Assembly: GCA_020137815.1 (NCBI GenBank)
Contig: CM035358.1
Span: 6,572,001-6,636,000 of the forward strand
Origin: Hormiphora californensis
Taxonomy: Eukaryota > Animalia > Ctenophora
Direction of reading: 5' to 3'
DNA length: 64,000 nucleotides
Every line of letters begins with the position of its first letter. Position 1 is the stretch's first letter. Under the pieces are notes generated by a model. The model was not told where the DNA came from, ran no database searches, and saw only the letters and a program-made list of their open reading frames with translations. The position numbers and the translations under genes are program-made. Below, piece after piece: positions 36,950-50,263 of the stretch.

Positions 36950-39900
36950 GTAGCCGAAATATGGACGTAGCCACTTTTGTGTCCAAAATAAGAAGGGGAA
37001 AAAAAAAAAAAAAAAAAATATAGATTCCTATGATCCCGGAAAACATCGACACAAAAACCCCGCAAAAACCCGGGGGGATTTGCGGCATGCCGTAACCCGG
37101 GCCCCCGATGGGGGGGGGCCCTATTTTAGGGTCAAGACCCACACCAAAAACACCCTAAAAACAGAATTTTTCATAGTTCGGGTTTTTTCACGATTGATTT
37201 TGATACCCTGGGGTCTTGCATTTGAAAGGCTCTTGGGAAACCCGGGTTTTAAGATACTGAAATGGTTTTCAAAAGGAAATATTTGGGGGGAAAACCCCTT
37301 TTTCGGGCAAATGGGGGGATCTTATTGATTCGGGGGGGTGATTTCGTTATGGGGGTATCTGGCAAGTGGTGAGGGACATGTTTCCTCGTTTTCGTTTTTG
37401 GGTTTTTCTTTTCGGGGAAAGGGGGAGGTTGTCAAGTACCCCGTCATTCAGGTGGGCCAAAAGCAAATCAAACGGGTTTTTGGGGTTTGGTTTGACGGGG
37501 GTGAAATCTTGAGGTTTCGTCCGGGTCGGGGGGCACAAACCTCCGGATTTTGCTTACCCCCTTCCCTTTTCCCCCCTCTTTTTTATGTTAAAATTAATCC
37601 TCGTCGCCGTAGTTTTGGTTTAACCAAAATTGTAAAAGTGCTTTTTTTTAAACTGCTTCGGCCCAAAGGGTGATTCCCAGTGGGTAACCACCCTGATTTT
37701 TCCATTTTTCCCTTTGCGGGGCCGTTACAACTGGGACTTTTTTCAAAAGGTTTACCATTCCGGTCCAAATTTTTTCTGCTCCTTTGCTGCTAGACCTAAA
37801 GTGAGTCCTTCATCCCACACTTTACAGGGACCCTGGCGAAGAGTGGAGGCTTGTTTCCCGTACCGTGACAAAACCCGGGGGCCCCAAAAACCATTCTCTC
37901 CCCGTACAAGCGGTTTTTGGTTTGGGGCTCTTTTTTTTGCACCCCCCAAAATCCCCATTGAAAAAATTTTTTGATTGCACTTTCTCAAAAGGGTCGGGGT
38001 TTAAATTCCCCGCTTCTTTGTACGTTTTCCCCTTTTTGGGAAAGGTGTAATGGAGTCCTTGGAAATTTTTCGGAATACGGAGCCAGATTGGGCAGCCGTA
38101 TGTGTGAGGGGAGTTTTTTAAAAAGCGTAAAAGGGAGCTTAAAAAACTCCCCAAAGGGCTGAGGGGGAGTCCCCTTTCCCATTTTTTCCCTCAGGAGAAA
38201 AAACGGTTTTAAATTTCCTTTGGTGGAAGGTTAGTGATTCCCCGCCTTCATATTTTCCGCTGGCAGGGGAATTTAAAATCCCAGGTGGGTTTTAAAAATT
38301 TTTTCTTTTTACCGAATCAAGTTTTTTAAAAACCGGGGCAGCTGAAATCCATGGCGGGCCCTTTTCAGAACTCTGCCGGAAGGATTAAAGACTGGGACTT
38401 AGTCTTTTTTTTGTTTTATCTCTAGCCCCCATTGGTAGCGGGAAAACTCCCCAAGAAGCAAGGGGGCTGTCCTCGAGCCGCTAAACGAGTGCTAGCAACA
38501 AATGTCCCTCGCCCCCAATAGGTGGGTTTACATCACAACCCCCCTAGTAAATGGAAAAAGTCCTTTCGACTAAATTTTGAGGTTTGGGAAAATTTCGTCA
38601 AAAGGGCCCTCTTGAAAAACTCCGGGCTAAGGGGGTGGGGCCTTGTTCGGGTTTCCCATCCTTTTCAAGGGAATTTACTGGGATATCATACCACTCCCCT
38701 TTTTTTTTGAGTTCGGGGGTTGCCGTTTCATTCCCCAAGGGTACTGGCGAAAAACCCACCACATATCCCATATATTGTTCTCTTTTTGATTTAAAGGGGA
38801 AACCCCACAGACCCCCATTTAAAGGCTTTAAAGGGGGGTCGACGAACAAGCAAAAAAACCCCGTTTTTTCTTTTCTTCAAGTAAATTTTTCCCCGGATCG
38901 TTTTCAGTAAACCCGTGTAAAAATCATTTTTTTTGTCCCCTTTCGGAATCCCTGTTGGTTTGGGGGAAACGGGACCCTCTTTGGGCCCCCGGGAAAAAGT
39001 TAACCTGTTCAGGAGAATCCCGCTATAAAAAGGGTTTCCAATGCAAACTTCCCAAGGTTTTATCGCTCGGTAATTGTCAGGGTTCTGTTTTATCCCCCTT
39101 TTTGTGAAAAAACTGTTGTCATGGAAAGTGTTTTCCAAAGGGTAGCAAAAACCCATAAATGAGGGATCCGTTAAAAAAAGTTTTAGTAGCAAAACCCGTT
39201 TGAGATCCAGAGATTAGGATCGTAGCCCCTTTTATTGGCTACTTTAAACAAGGGGGGGCTTTTTTCCCCGTTCTTAAAAAGGGGGCCTTTAAAATTTATT
39301 TTTTGATAGCTCATCCATGGAAAATTTGGGGAAAGGGGCTATCGGCGATTGAAACCCTTTCCCCGGGTTGGGAAAGGCCCGCTGTCCCCCCCGGGAAAGG
39401 GGGGATCCCTGCTTGTTTGTCACATTTTTGGGGTCCCTACAAACCCCTTTAAGAAGGATAAAAAATGTGAAGGGTTTCCCCATGTCAAAGTTTATCGCAT
39501 TCGTTGTTTTTTTTTTCTGACTTGGCCTCTGTCCCCAGGCCAGTTTAATTTGACGGGGTGTCCCCAAGGGGACTAAACTTTTTTTGTCCAAGTCCCCCAG
39601 AGGGATCCTTTTTTTTTCCTCCTGGAAAGGGTTTCGATAACTTTTTTTCGCGTGTGGTACCTTGGGGTTCTGGGGTTTTTGGGTCTATTCACCGGGCCCC
39701 GCATTTTTTCCCGTCCCTTTGGGGTTGAAAAATTTTTTTTCTACCCGGGGTTTTTCCCTTCTTTTTTTTCTTTTCCCCGGCAAAAGGTTAAAAAGCGGTT
39801 CAGCCCCTAGCGGGTTCAGGCCGGAAGTTGGAAGCCCTCGGAAAATTGGAATTTTGGGGAAGCGTGGACCGATTTTAAAGCCAAATTTTTTCCCGGTTTG

Positions 39901-42360
39901 AAATCTAGAACATTTTTGTTTTAACCTTTCCCCTTCTTCCGGCCGGGTTTTTTAGGGGGAAAGGGGGAACAGCAAGGTTTCCCCGAGGGGTTGGTTAAAA
40001 TCTTTTTTGTGGGAGGGCTTGATTTTCCCCGGAAAAATTGGTCGTCAAAAGGGGGAGGGGTTTCGTTAAAAAAAGATTCCACCGTTCCAAAAGTTATAAG
40101 AAAATTTGGAAAACCGATTTGGGGGTTCCCCTTCCCTACAAACCCGGGGTTTTTCTGAATTTGAAGTGCCTTTTTCCCCCCTTTTCCCCGAACCTTTTAG
40201 GGGGTAAATTGGGGTCTTCTCTGGTTGGGTTCAGAAGTGGGGAAGGTTTTTTTCCAAAAAATGGAAAGGTTCCCCCTTAAGAGATCGGTGTCTTTTAAAA
40301 ACCGTTTTCCCAAACCCTTCTTTTTCACCGTTAGACGGGCCCCCGGTTTGGCGAAAACCAAATTGGGCTTCCGATTGTCCTTTCCTTTTGGGGGAAAAAG
40401 AGCCGTTGGGGTTTTAAGAATTTAAAAAAAAGTTGGTTTTTTTTTCGCCCTTTTTTTACTCCACATGATTTTGGGGGGTTTTGCTTTAAAGACCGTGGAA
40501 CAGGGGCTTTTTTGGATAAAATTTCCCCCGGTTTCCCCCAAGTTTTGGGGGTTAGAATTGCAAGCTTGGGTTCTCTTTTTCTTGGGCCCCCTTTGGGTTT
40601 TCCAAAAAATTGGGGGTTGAAATACCAATTGGGAAATTACCCCCTCGGTTAGATTCCCGGAAGGGGGTCGTTATTGAGCAAAATTTACCCGGAAAATTCC
40701 GGTTTTTTTCCCTGTTTTTCCCTTTGGGGCCCATGTTTTATTTTTTTCCTTCTCAGGGGGCCCACATAAAATTTTTCCCCCCCCAAAATTGTTTTACTCC
40801 CCCATGAAAATTTTCCCGGGGTTCCGGCATTGTTGGGGAAAAAATTCCCTTTGGGAAGCTCCTTTTTATGGACAGAATTCCCCCCCTTTTTTTGGAAGGT
40901 TTAGTTGCACCGGGGTATCTCCCGTTAATTTTAAGGGCGGGGGGGTTTCCTGGGGCAAATGAAGTTTGGGGTTTTTTGAGTGTTTCGGAACTCCAGGGCG
41001 GGGCTTTTTACCTTTTTTCCCCACCTGGAAAAGAAAACTGGGGGACTTCCCCGGGCGTTGGGGGTCCCCCTTTGTGGTTTAAAAGGGTTTTTTAAAGGCG
41101 TTTTGGTTTTTTTTCTCTAATGCCCGGGGGGGTGTTTTTTAATTTATTACCCTTTTCCCAAGGGGCCAATATTTTTTCCCCCCTTTTCCCAACATGGGTG
41201 GGATACCCGGGCCACTTTCTTTTTACCAATGGGGGCCCCCCAAGTTTCCAAAAGCCACGTTTTTTATTCCCGTTTCTGGGAAGCTTTCCCAAATTGTTTC
41301 AAACAATTAAAGAAGGCCTTTAAATTTTTCCCCCCCCGAGGCCGGAAAGGGTATCGTAAACGGGAATGGTTAGAAGAAGCAAAAGGGGGGGGAATTCCCG
41401 TTACAAGCTAGTATAGGTTCCGGGAATTAATTTCCGGGGCCAAAGGCGGTAAAAACTTTTTGGGGGTACAGTTTAAAGGGGGTTTAAAGGGGGGGTTGCC
41501 TGGAGGGGAAAAACACGGGGGAGGGGTTTAGTTCTCAACGGTTTCGTTTTTTAAACCTTTCCCCTTTTTTTGCCTGGTTTTTAAAAAACTTTGGGTTTTT
41601 CACTTCGTCTCCCCCAGGGGGAAGGCCCTTTGTTTGCCCCCCCCCCCCCCCCCCCCATTTTTTGGGGGTTTTTCCTTTCCCCATTTTTTGTTTTTTTCCC
41701 GGGAAGGTTCCCTTTGGGGCCAATTTGGGGGGTTTTTAATTAAAAACTTTTACCCCCCGGGGGGTTTTTTTTGGGAAGGATTTAAAAAGGGGATTTTCGC
41801 CCCTAAAAAGGGTTTTCCTTTTTTGGGTTTTGGGGGGGTTTTTTCCAAAAAGGTTGTCGTGAAGTTCCAGAGTTCATCGTTGGTATATGAATATACCCTC
41901 TGGGAATGACTCCTAAATTGTGACACGAATTGAAAGATGGCTTTGGAAGTGTCTTCCACTCTGTCAGCCAGGGAACTGCTATCAGTACCAACGTGGAAGG
42001 GTGTAGAGAAGCAAAGGTTGGGAGTTCCTGTGGGTACAGCTAGTATAGCTTCGGATATTATTCTGCAGTAGTCGGCTATCTCCTGAGGTACAGTAGCTTC
42101 TTTAGCGTCGTTCCAGCCTGTATGAATGAACACGCATGAGGGGTTCAGCTTCTCAACGGTGCGTATGAAGGCCTCCCTTTCTGTGGTTGCTAGGTTTTTC
42201 AGGCTTTTGGCTTTTATCAGCTTCAGTCTCAGATGTCGGGGGAAGGCTGCTTTGTTGAAACCGTCGAATAGTCCATCGTGTATTACCAACACATAGTGGT
42301 GCCGATATGATTCTCTCGCAGCGGGTGGTCGTGAGGACCTAGCTGACCGGACCTGTCTTC
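36950..42360 (-). mobile_element. Non-LTR retrotransposon (CR1/L2-like); ORF2 obscured by homopolymer errors
   Basis: Esterase-like ORF1 at the 5' end; residual ORF2 motifs KRGIKQNPDNYRAI (cf. K.G....NYRPI), PHTYGCPIW (cf. P.LEY...W) and a terminal R..RGN. Confidence 0.6.
41850..42292 (-). pseudogene. LINE ORF1 SGNH-esterase-like domain
   Basis: LVIHDGLF..PSCVFIHTGWND resembles the L.IGDS..P..V.IHVGTND blocks of CR1/L2 ORF1 esterases. Confidence 0.65.
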
Positions 42361-42435
42361 TTACGATGGGGCCCCCTTCAGCTCCAATAGCCGAGCGTGG
42401 GTCAGTTGCCTGTGGTTCTGTGAGCTTTCAACGCC

Positions 42436-42724
42436 TTTTAGTTTCAATCAGATTTACCAAGAAGTCAAATCCATTCGAGCGCTACGGCTATGCTGTAACG
42501 CGCGAGGTGTGTATACTGTATACATACGCTGCATTGAGAGTGTGCGCGCGCACAAGTTTTGAGCGCGTGCCACCGAACTGTAATAACTTTGCGGACGACG
42601 CTTTCAAAATGGATCGGTTGTCAGGCGTTGTCCGTGACGGACGGACGGACGGACATTTAGTTAACTACACGATCTGCTGATTTCTAAACCCTGAATGATC
42701 TTTTTAGCACGTGCGTGCTAAAAA
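42436..42724 (+). mobile_element. Helentron-associated (HINE/DINE-1-like) non-autonomous element
   Basis: (GACG)n tetranucleotide tract 42636-42654 and terminal stem-loop TTTTTAGCAC-GTGC-GTGCTAAAAA (42701-42724); left end approximate. Confidence 0.45.
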
Positions 42725-44550
42725 CATCATCCCGGGTGATTGCCTTCGGCAATCACCCGGGCAGGGAAAAAATAACAAACCTTTGCTTTAGCTTCATTCC
42801 TTTTGTTTTCGAGTTCCTGCCTGAGTTTTACTGGGTTTTGGGAGGTAGTAGTTCGCCTAATGGGTCTCGTACTTTTCTTGAGGGGAGACTGGAGTCTGAA
42901 AATAAAGTTGAGTGTGAGTGAAAAAAGAGATCCCTTTTTATCCAACAAATAACGATATGTACCTGGTACATTGTACAATAAGTACATTGTACCCACGGAC
43001 TGAAAACCAACTCAGACCCATCCGGAACCCACGTTGAATTTAACTAAAAACCAACCCACCAAGTTAAACTTTACTAAAGAAGGTACCACCCAGTTTAGCA
43101 ATGACGTCACGCCGGTTGGTTGCCATGGTGACAAATGACGTCATAGAAACATGCACTTACAACACATGATTAGCTTTGTCGTTCTGTTTGAGATCAAGAA
43201 ACGGAGAGTTGGAGGGGTTGAAACACCGTTTAAATACTGCAGTTATCATATCTTATACCATGCTTTTTCAGGTGCAACTAAAATATATCAAACATTAACA
43301 AGATCACAAAACTAAAACTAGAACAAATTCAACGGTCTAAAGATCCAGTACAAAAGTAGCAACAGGTACAGAAAGTATAATATTAGTAAAGCTAGTAACA
43401 ACGATACAACAATTGAGAAAGCTCTCAAGGTGTTTCAGTTGAAAGCGAACAGCTGGTCTCACCCCTCTCTCTCTCTCTATATGTGGCTCTCTCTCTTCCC
43501 CCTCTTTCACTCTCTCACCCATCTCACCCTACTATAGAAACAATCTCTATCTCCCTCTTTCACTCTCTCACCCATCTCACCCTACTACTGAAACAATCTC
43601 TATCTCCCTCTTCCCTCTGCGCCCACAGCTACGAATAGCGGAAGACTCATTTTGGGGACTTAAACCACGGGTGCATTGGTATAGATCACTAGATAATCAA
43701 GGGGAAGGACGCTGTAATGGAAGGAAGAGAGAGAGAAGAGAAAAAGGGGGAAGAGAGAGAAAAGGAGAGGAGAGAGGAGAGAGCAGAAAGAAATTTGGAA
43801 CGAGAAGGGGGAAAAGCGGACCTGCGGGCTTCACCCAAATTGGAATTTCCCAGGGGGCACAACCCTCTTGGGGGAAAGTTGGGGGGGAGAAGGGAAGGGG
43901 GAGGAAAAAGGGTAAAAGGGAAAAGAAAGAAAAGAACCAAGGGCAAAAAAAAAGGGGGAAAAAAATAGGAAAGGAGAAAGAAATTAAGATAGAAGAAGAA
44001 GAAAAAAGAGAAAAGAAAAAGAAGAGAGGAGATATAAAACTAAGCATCAATGTGCAGATATATTGAGGGAGACTCCCCAGGGGGGGGGAAAAACCCCTCT
44101 TTAAAACAGACGGAGAGAAAAGATCGCAAGACTGCAAGTGCGACTAAAGGCTGGTTGAGCCTTGAGGGGTTGAGAGATAGACTGATACGGGGGAATTGGC
44201 AAAAGATAAAAAAGGGAAAAGATAAAAGGGCAACACCGATCAACGATTGTAGCTCTGGGAATGAGACATGTGCGAAAACCCAGAGGGTGAACTTAAGAAC
44301 GGGGAAAATGTGGGACCGACGGACTTCTGGTATGTGGGGGGGTCCCGGGTTTTGGAGGGGGTTGGGGTGTGAATCAGGGGGCCCCAAATTAGTTAATTGG
44401 TTCCCAGCAGAAAATAAGGTTGCAATAGTTAATTGATGGTACGTTTAAATAATGGGGGGGCGCTATATGAATGGAAACAAACATTTTATACAAAAAATGG
44501 GAAAATGGCCCTTTTTTCTTCTCCAATACTAAGCTGTCCTCTCTCTCCCT

Positions 44551-44586
<36 letters not shown>

Positions 44587-47329
44587 CTCTCCCCCCCCCC
44601 CCTCCTCTCTCCTCCTCTCTCCTCTCTCTCTTCTTCTCTCTCTCTCCCTCCCCCGCCCCCTCTTCCCCCTCCCCTTTCCCCTTCTCCCTCTTTCCTTTTT
44701 TCCCCTTCTTTTCCCTTCCCCTTCTTTTTCTCTCCCCTTTAAATGAGTGTGAGGGGTCCATTAGTGCGGAATAAAAACAAGGACAGAAGCCCCAAGGATG
44801 GTGAATGGATCGAGTAAAAAGATAGATGAAAGAGGAGAGAGGGGAAGAAGAAGAGAAGAGAAAAGAAGAAAAAGAGAGAAGGAGAGATAGAAGAAAGGAG
44901 AGAAAGGAGGAAAGAGAGAGGAGAGAAAAAAAGAGAGAGGGGAAAAGGGGAAGATAAAATTAGCGGGGAAAACCCTTTTTTAAAAGGGGTTTTTTGAAAA
45001 AAAATTTTTTCCTATCCCCCCAAAGGGAACGGGGCATCATATTAAAAACATCACATTGAAAAAATTGGAGAATACACTGACGGGGAAAAACTTTAAAAAT
45101 TTAAACGGAAAAAAAAGAAATGGGAGGGGGGAAGAGGTTGGAATAAAAATGTGAATGGGCTATGATAGAAAAAACTAGGCAAAGGGAACAAAAAAGAAAA
45201 AAAAAAGAGAAAATTGCAAAAAAAGAATGAGAGAAAAAGAAACCTTGGAACAGAAGAAAAAAGAAAAAAGACCTTGGGAACTAGAATCGTACAAAATGCA
45301 ACTCCGAAAAGTAGCTACAAGTTAGGAACTGACAACACCACGATCAACACTTTGAGCCCACCCCACGGTATTTTTGCATTGCAAAAAAGGCCGTATTGGG
45401 AAACCCCCTTTCTTCACTCTAAATCACCCCCCCTGCCAGTCCGCACACTATTGCAACAATAAAACTTTTCTTCAGCGGACACACGCTTATCAACAACAAA
45501 GAAAACTCTCTCCTTCTCTCTCTTTCTCTCTCTCTCTCTGGGCGGCTAAGAGAGTCAGCAAGGGCAACTCTATCTCCCTTCAAGGCAGCTCAATATATTT
45601 TTAACAGGAACACTACAATGTTAGGTATACAAATTTAAGAGGTGGAAAGATAAGCGAGTGAGAAAGGTTAGGACTTAGGGAGAATAAAAGGTGTATGCGT
45701 GAGAGACACTGTCAAAATAAATTATACACCTGGCTAACTAAATTTCTGAATATTCACAATATTATCTGATAGCAAGCAAACAGGAAAATTTGACAAAGGA
45801 GAGAGTTGACCTGCGAAGAATTTAAGAAATGTTGGCTGTTGCTCATGCCGTTTATTTTTTAAAAGGGGCATGGTTTTTTGTAAAATTGGGATAACCCAAC
45901 TATTAAACGAAATGTAATACACACAAAAAAAAAAAATACGTTGCTAAAATCAGGGATCTATTTACGATATTGAAAAAAAAGGGCTATGGATATACCAGCG
46001 TATCAAAAAACTAAAAAAAATCAAAAGATATCCAGTTAAGCTGCTAAAGTAAAAATTTAGAAGAAAAAGAAATTTTAAAATTTTGATCGCCTCCGTAGAA
46101 CGTGATAACAACACAAACCATCTCCCGGACCAAAAATGGGGGGGAAATTCCCCCCCCCCCCCCAAAAGGAAAGGGGGGGGGGGTGGGGGGGGGCTTTTGG
46201 ACGTAAAAGGGGGAATGAAAGTAAAAGGGGTCTGCTGCAGTTTCAGTCAATTAGGGGCCATCCGGACTGAGGGAGGGGGGCTGGGAGAGAGATAGAAGGA
46301 GGTGGAGCTGGGAGAGAGGGGGAACAAAGGAAACGCCGACAGTGCATGCAACTGTAACTAGGGAGAAAATAAGTGGTGGAGAGATAGAAGGTATGCAGTT
46401 TGGGGAAACAAAGTCAGACTCTGACTGTCAGAGAATGAATACAAGTCAGCGAAAGATACCGGGAGAAGAAAAGTCAGAGAGCAGTAGAGGTAGGGAGGGA
46501 TAGAAAAAGGTGGGGATGTCTGATAATGGTTCATACGACAGGTTCACACAAAATGTATAGGTGGCGGGGGGCCCCCGGGGGGCCCCCCCCCCCCCCCCAG
46601 GTTTTCACCCCTTTGGGGGGGCCCAAAGTGCGGAAAAAAGGGTAAAGAACGGCAAAAAAAACATAAATGTAGGTCAGTTTTAAACAGGAACAAAAAGTAC
46701 AAATAATGAAGAAAATTAATGGTGGGAGAAAATAAAATAAAAGGGGGGGGGGGGGGAAAAAAAGGGGGGGGGGGGGGGTATGGTGCCCAAAAAAAAAAGG
46801 GAAAGCCGGGGGGTAAGGGCCCAAAGGGAGGTAGTTTTGCAAACCCACCTCCCCCCTTTCCTCTCCACTTTTTCCCCTTTCCCCCCCCCTTTTTTAATAT
46901 TTTCCTCTCTTTCCCTTTTTCTCCACTTCTCTAAAACCTTTTTTTTTTAATCTCTCGCTCTCCCCCAACTATCTTTTTCCCCCAAGCCGCAAGCAAAACG
47001 AGGTGTCACATTATCCAAAATAAAGTGCCTTGAAAGAAATATTAAAAAAATTTTTTTTTTTAGAAATCATATCAACTGTGATATTAAAAACTGATGAATA
47101 TTAAATCGCATGGAACTTGGTGGCAAAGGTCACATTTGAAGCAAAGGGCAAATGATTCAAAATTTGGGTTTTGATAAAGGAGCCACATAAAGTTTTTAAA
47201 AGGGCCGAATTAATGCAATACATACAGACCTGCAACGCAAAAACTGCGGAATTTAAAATTTCAAAGTGGGCATCCAAGCAGCAAACTTTAAAAGCTAAAA
47301 CTTTATCTCCCTTTTTCCACAAGGGGAAA

Positions 47330-47902
47330 AATTAAAAAACCCCCCCCTTCCAAAAAAACTTATACAGGGGGGGGGGGGTTCTTCCCCCCCAAAAAACCGA
47401 AAACCCGAATTTTTTGTTTCTCTCCCCTCGGGTTTTTTTCCCCGGTTTTTTTCTTTTTTTTTCCCCCAAAAAAACCATTCGATTTTTTTCCTTTTTGCAA
47501 ATTTTGGGGTTTAAAAAAAAACAAAATGGGGTTTTTTTGGGGGCTATCGGACTTGGGACAAGGGTAAAAATCGACAAAAAAAAAAATTGAAAAAAAAGAT
47601 TTTTGGGAAATCAAAAAATAAAACGGGGAAAAAAAAAAGAAGGGAAAGGGGGAAAAGAAAAAAGGGAAAAGGGGAAAAAAAAAAAAAAAAAAAATTTTTT
47701 TTTTTTTGGGGGGGGGGTTTTTTTTTTTTCCCCCCCCCCCCCCCTTTTTCCCCCCGGGGGGGCCCCCCCCGGGGGGGGGTTTTTAAATTTCCCCCCCCCC
47801 GGGGGGGTTTGGGACCCCCCAAAAAAAAAGGGGGGGGGGGGAAAAAAAAAAGGGGAAAAAAAAAAAAACCCCCCCCCCCCCCCTTTTTTTTTTTTTTTTT
47901 TT

Positions 47903-47939
<37 letters not shown>

Positions 47940-49200
47940 TTTTTTTTTTTTTCTCCCCGGGGGGGGGTTTTGGGTCCCCCCCCCCCCTTTTTTCCCGCCC
48001 CCCCCCCCCGGGGGGGCCCCCCGGGGGGGGAAAAAAGGGGGGGGGGGGGGGGGGAAAAAAAAATTTTTAAAAGGTTTTCCCCCCCCCCCCGGGGGGGTTT
48101 TTTGGGGGGGAAAAATTTTTTTTTTTCCCCCCCCCCCCAAAAAAAAAAACCCCCGGGGGCCCCCCCTTGGAAAAATTTTCCCCCCCCCGGGGGGGCCCCC
48201 CAAAACCCCAAAGGGGCCCCCCAAAAAAAAAAAAAAAAGGGGGGAAAAACCCCCCCGGGGGGGGGCCCCCCCAAAACCCGGGGGGAAAAACCCCCCTTTA
48301 ATGGGGGGCCCCCGGGGGGGGGGGGGGGGGGAAAAAAAAAAAAAAAAGGGGGGGGGGAAAAAGGAAAAAAAACCCCCCCCCCCCCCTTTTTTTTTTTTTC
48401 CCCCCCCCCCCCCCCCCCTTCCCCCCCCCTTTTTAAAAAAACCCCCTTTAAAAAAATTTAACCTTTCCCCTTTTCCCTTAAAATTTGGGGTTTTTTTTTT
48501 CCCCCCCCCCAAACCAAAATTTTCCCCCCAAAAAAGGGGGGAAAAAAAAAAAAAGGGGGAAAAAAAATAAACCAAGGGGAAAAAGGATGGGGGTTTTAAA
48601 AAAAAAAAGGGGGGGAAAAGGGGGAAAGGGAAAGGCCCCAAATTAAAAAAAAAAAAAAAATTAAAAGGGGAAAAAAAAAAAAAAAAAAAAGGGGGGAAAA
48701 AAGGGGGAAAAAATTTTTTTAAAAAAAAACCCGGTTTTAAATTTTTTTAAAAAATTTTTTTTGGGGGAAAAAAAAATTTTTAAAAGGGTTTTGGGGGGAA
48801 AAAAAAATTTTTAAAAAAATTGCCCCCCCCCCCTTTTAAAAAAAAATTTTTTCCTAAAAAATTTTTTTTTTTGGGGGGGGGAAAAAAAGGGGGTTTTTTA
48901 AAAAAAAAACAAAAAAGGGTTTTTGGAAGGGGGGAAAAAAAAAAAATTTTTTTTTAAAAAAATTTTCCCCCCCAAAAAAAAAGGGAAAAAATTTTAAAAA
49001 GGGGGAAAAAAAGGGGCAAAAAAGGGGAAAAAAAAAAAAGGGGGGGGGGGAAAATTGGTTTTAAAATTTTTAAAAATTGGGGGGGAAAAAGGGGGGGGGG
49101 CCCCCAATTTTTTTTGGAAAATTTTTTTGGTTTAATTTTTTTTTTTGTTTTTGGGGGGGTTGAATTTTAAAAAAAAAAATTTTTTTTTTCCCCTTTTTCC
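47330..49200. other. Homopolymer-run sequence, probable basecalling/assembly artefact
   Basis: Almost entirely A/C/G/T runs; ORFs are pure K/G/P/F. Confidence 0.9.
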
Positions 49201-50180
49201 CTCTTTTCTCTCTCAACGTGCACTCGTGAATGGTTAAGTAATGGAGGAGAGGGGCCACGGGTTGGGGGATGCAACTAGATAACCAATACTAGGGGATAAG
49301 AAGTGCACTAAAAGAGATCCCAGTTTGGGATGAGAGTTAAGTGTGAGAGAGATCAGAAAGTGAGATCTAGAGCGAGAGGTACCTAGAGCGAGAGGTAGAG
49401 CGAGAGGAAAAGAGAGATAGAAAGAAAGATAGAGACACTATAAAGTGAATGAAACAGAAACTGAAGTCGAATGGAATGAAAGTGATAGATGACATTATAT
49501 ATCATGAAAAGTGTCGGCATTTCTAGCACTGTTCCCCGGAATAGAAAGCCATACTTATTCGAGAATAACGCATAGAAAGTGTCACTAAAGCACTGAAAGC
49601 ACTGAAAACAGGTACGGTAGTAAACAAGAGTGATAGTAAACGAGGGTGGTACCGCACTGTTACTGAACATTGGGTTCTCTCCAACTTATTTCTTATCATG
49701 GGAAATATATTGGGAATGGCTCACCAGTGCATATATATTGCTAGAAAGTTCAACAATTCTAAAAGATAATGCCATTATTGTAATGTGCTCTCTCACAATC
49801 ACGGGAACCTTCCATAATTCTAGAGAAAACATTTCTCAGTTTTCACAAATGGAGCTGAAGAAGAAGGAGACATATAGCAATCAGGAATCAAGAAGAAGGA
49901 GACAGAGAAAGATGAGATATCGGAATCAGATGGTCGAAAGAGACAATCTTGCAAGCAGGAACGTCTGGACTCTATCAATATCATTATACCGATCAGAGCT
50001 GCGCTGTGAGAAAGGAATTGTGCGATCTATCTATCTCTTCAGACATAGTGAGAGATATAGTGAGAGACAATAGTGAGAGACATAGTGAACGACTGAAATA
50101 TGTTTAGTCTGGGCAGGTGAATTGTAACATTAGCAGCTGGAGTATGAAGTCTATACTCAATTTTATCTCTCTTTATTTTG

Positions 50181-50257
<77 letters not shown>

Positions 50258-50263
50258 ACTCTC
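50181..50263. repeat. (CT)n microsatellite
   Basis: CT run. Confidence 0.95.

Noticed and set aside
47544-48641. Long G/P/K/F-rich ORFs (collagen- or extensin-like)
   Set aside because: They are translations of homopolymer runs in artefactual sequence.
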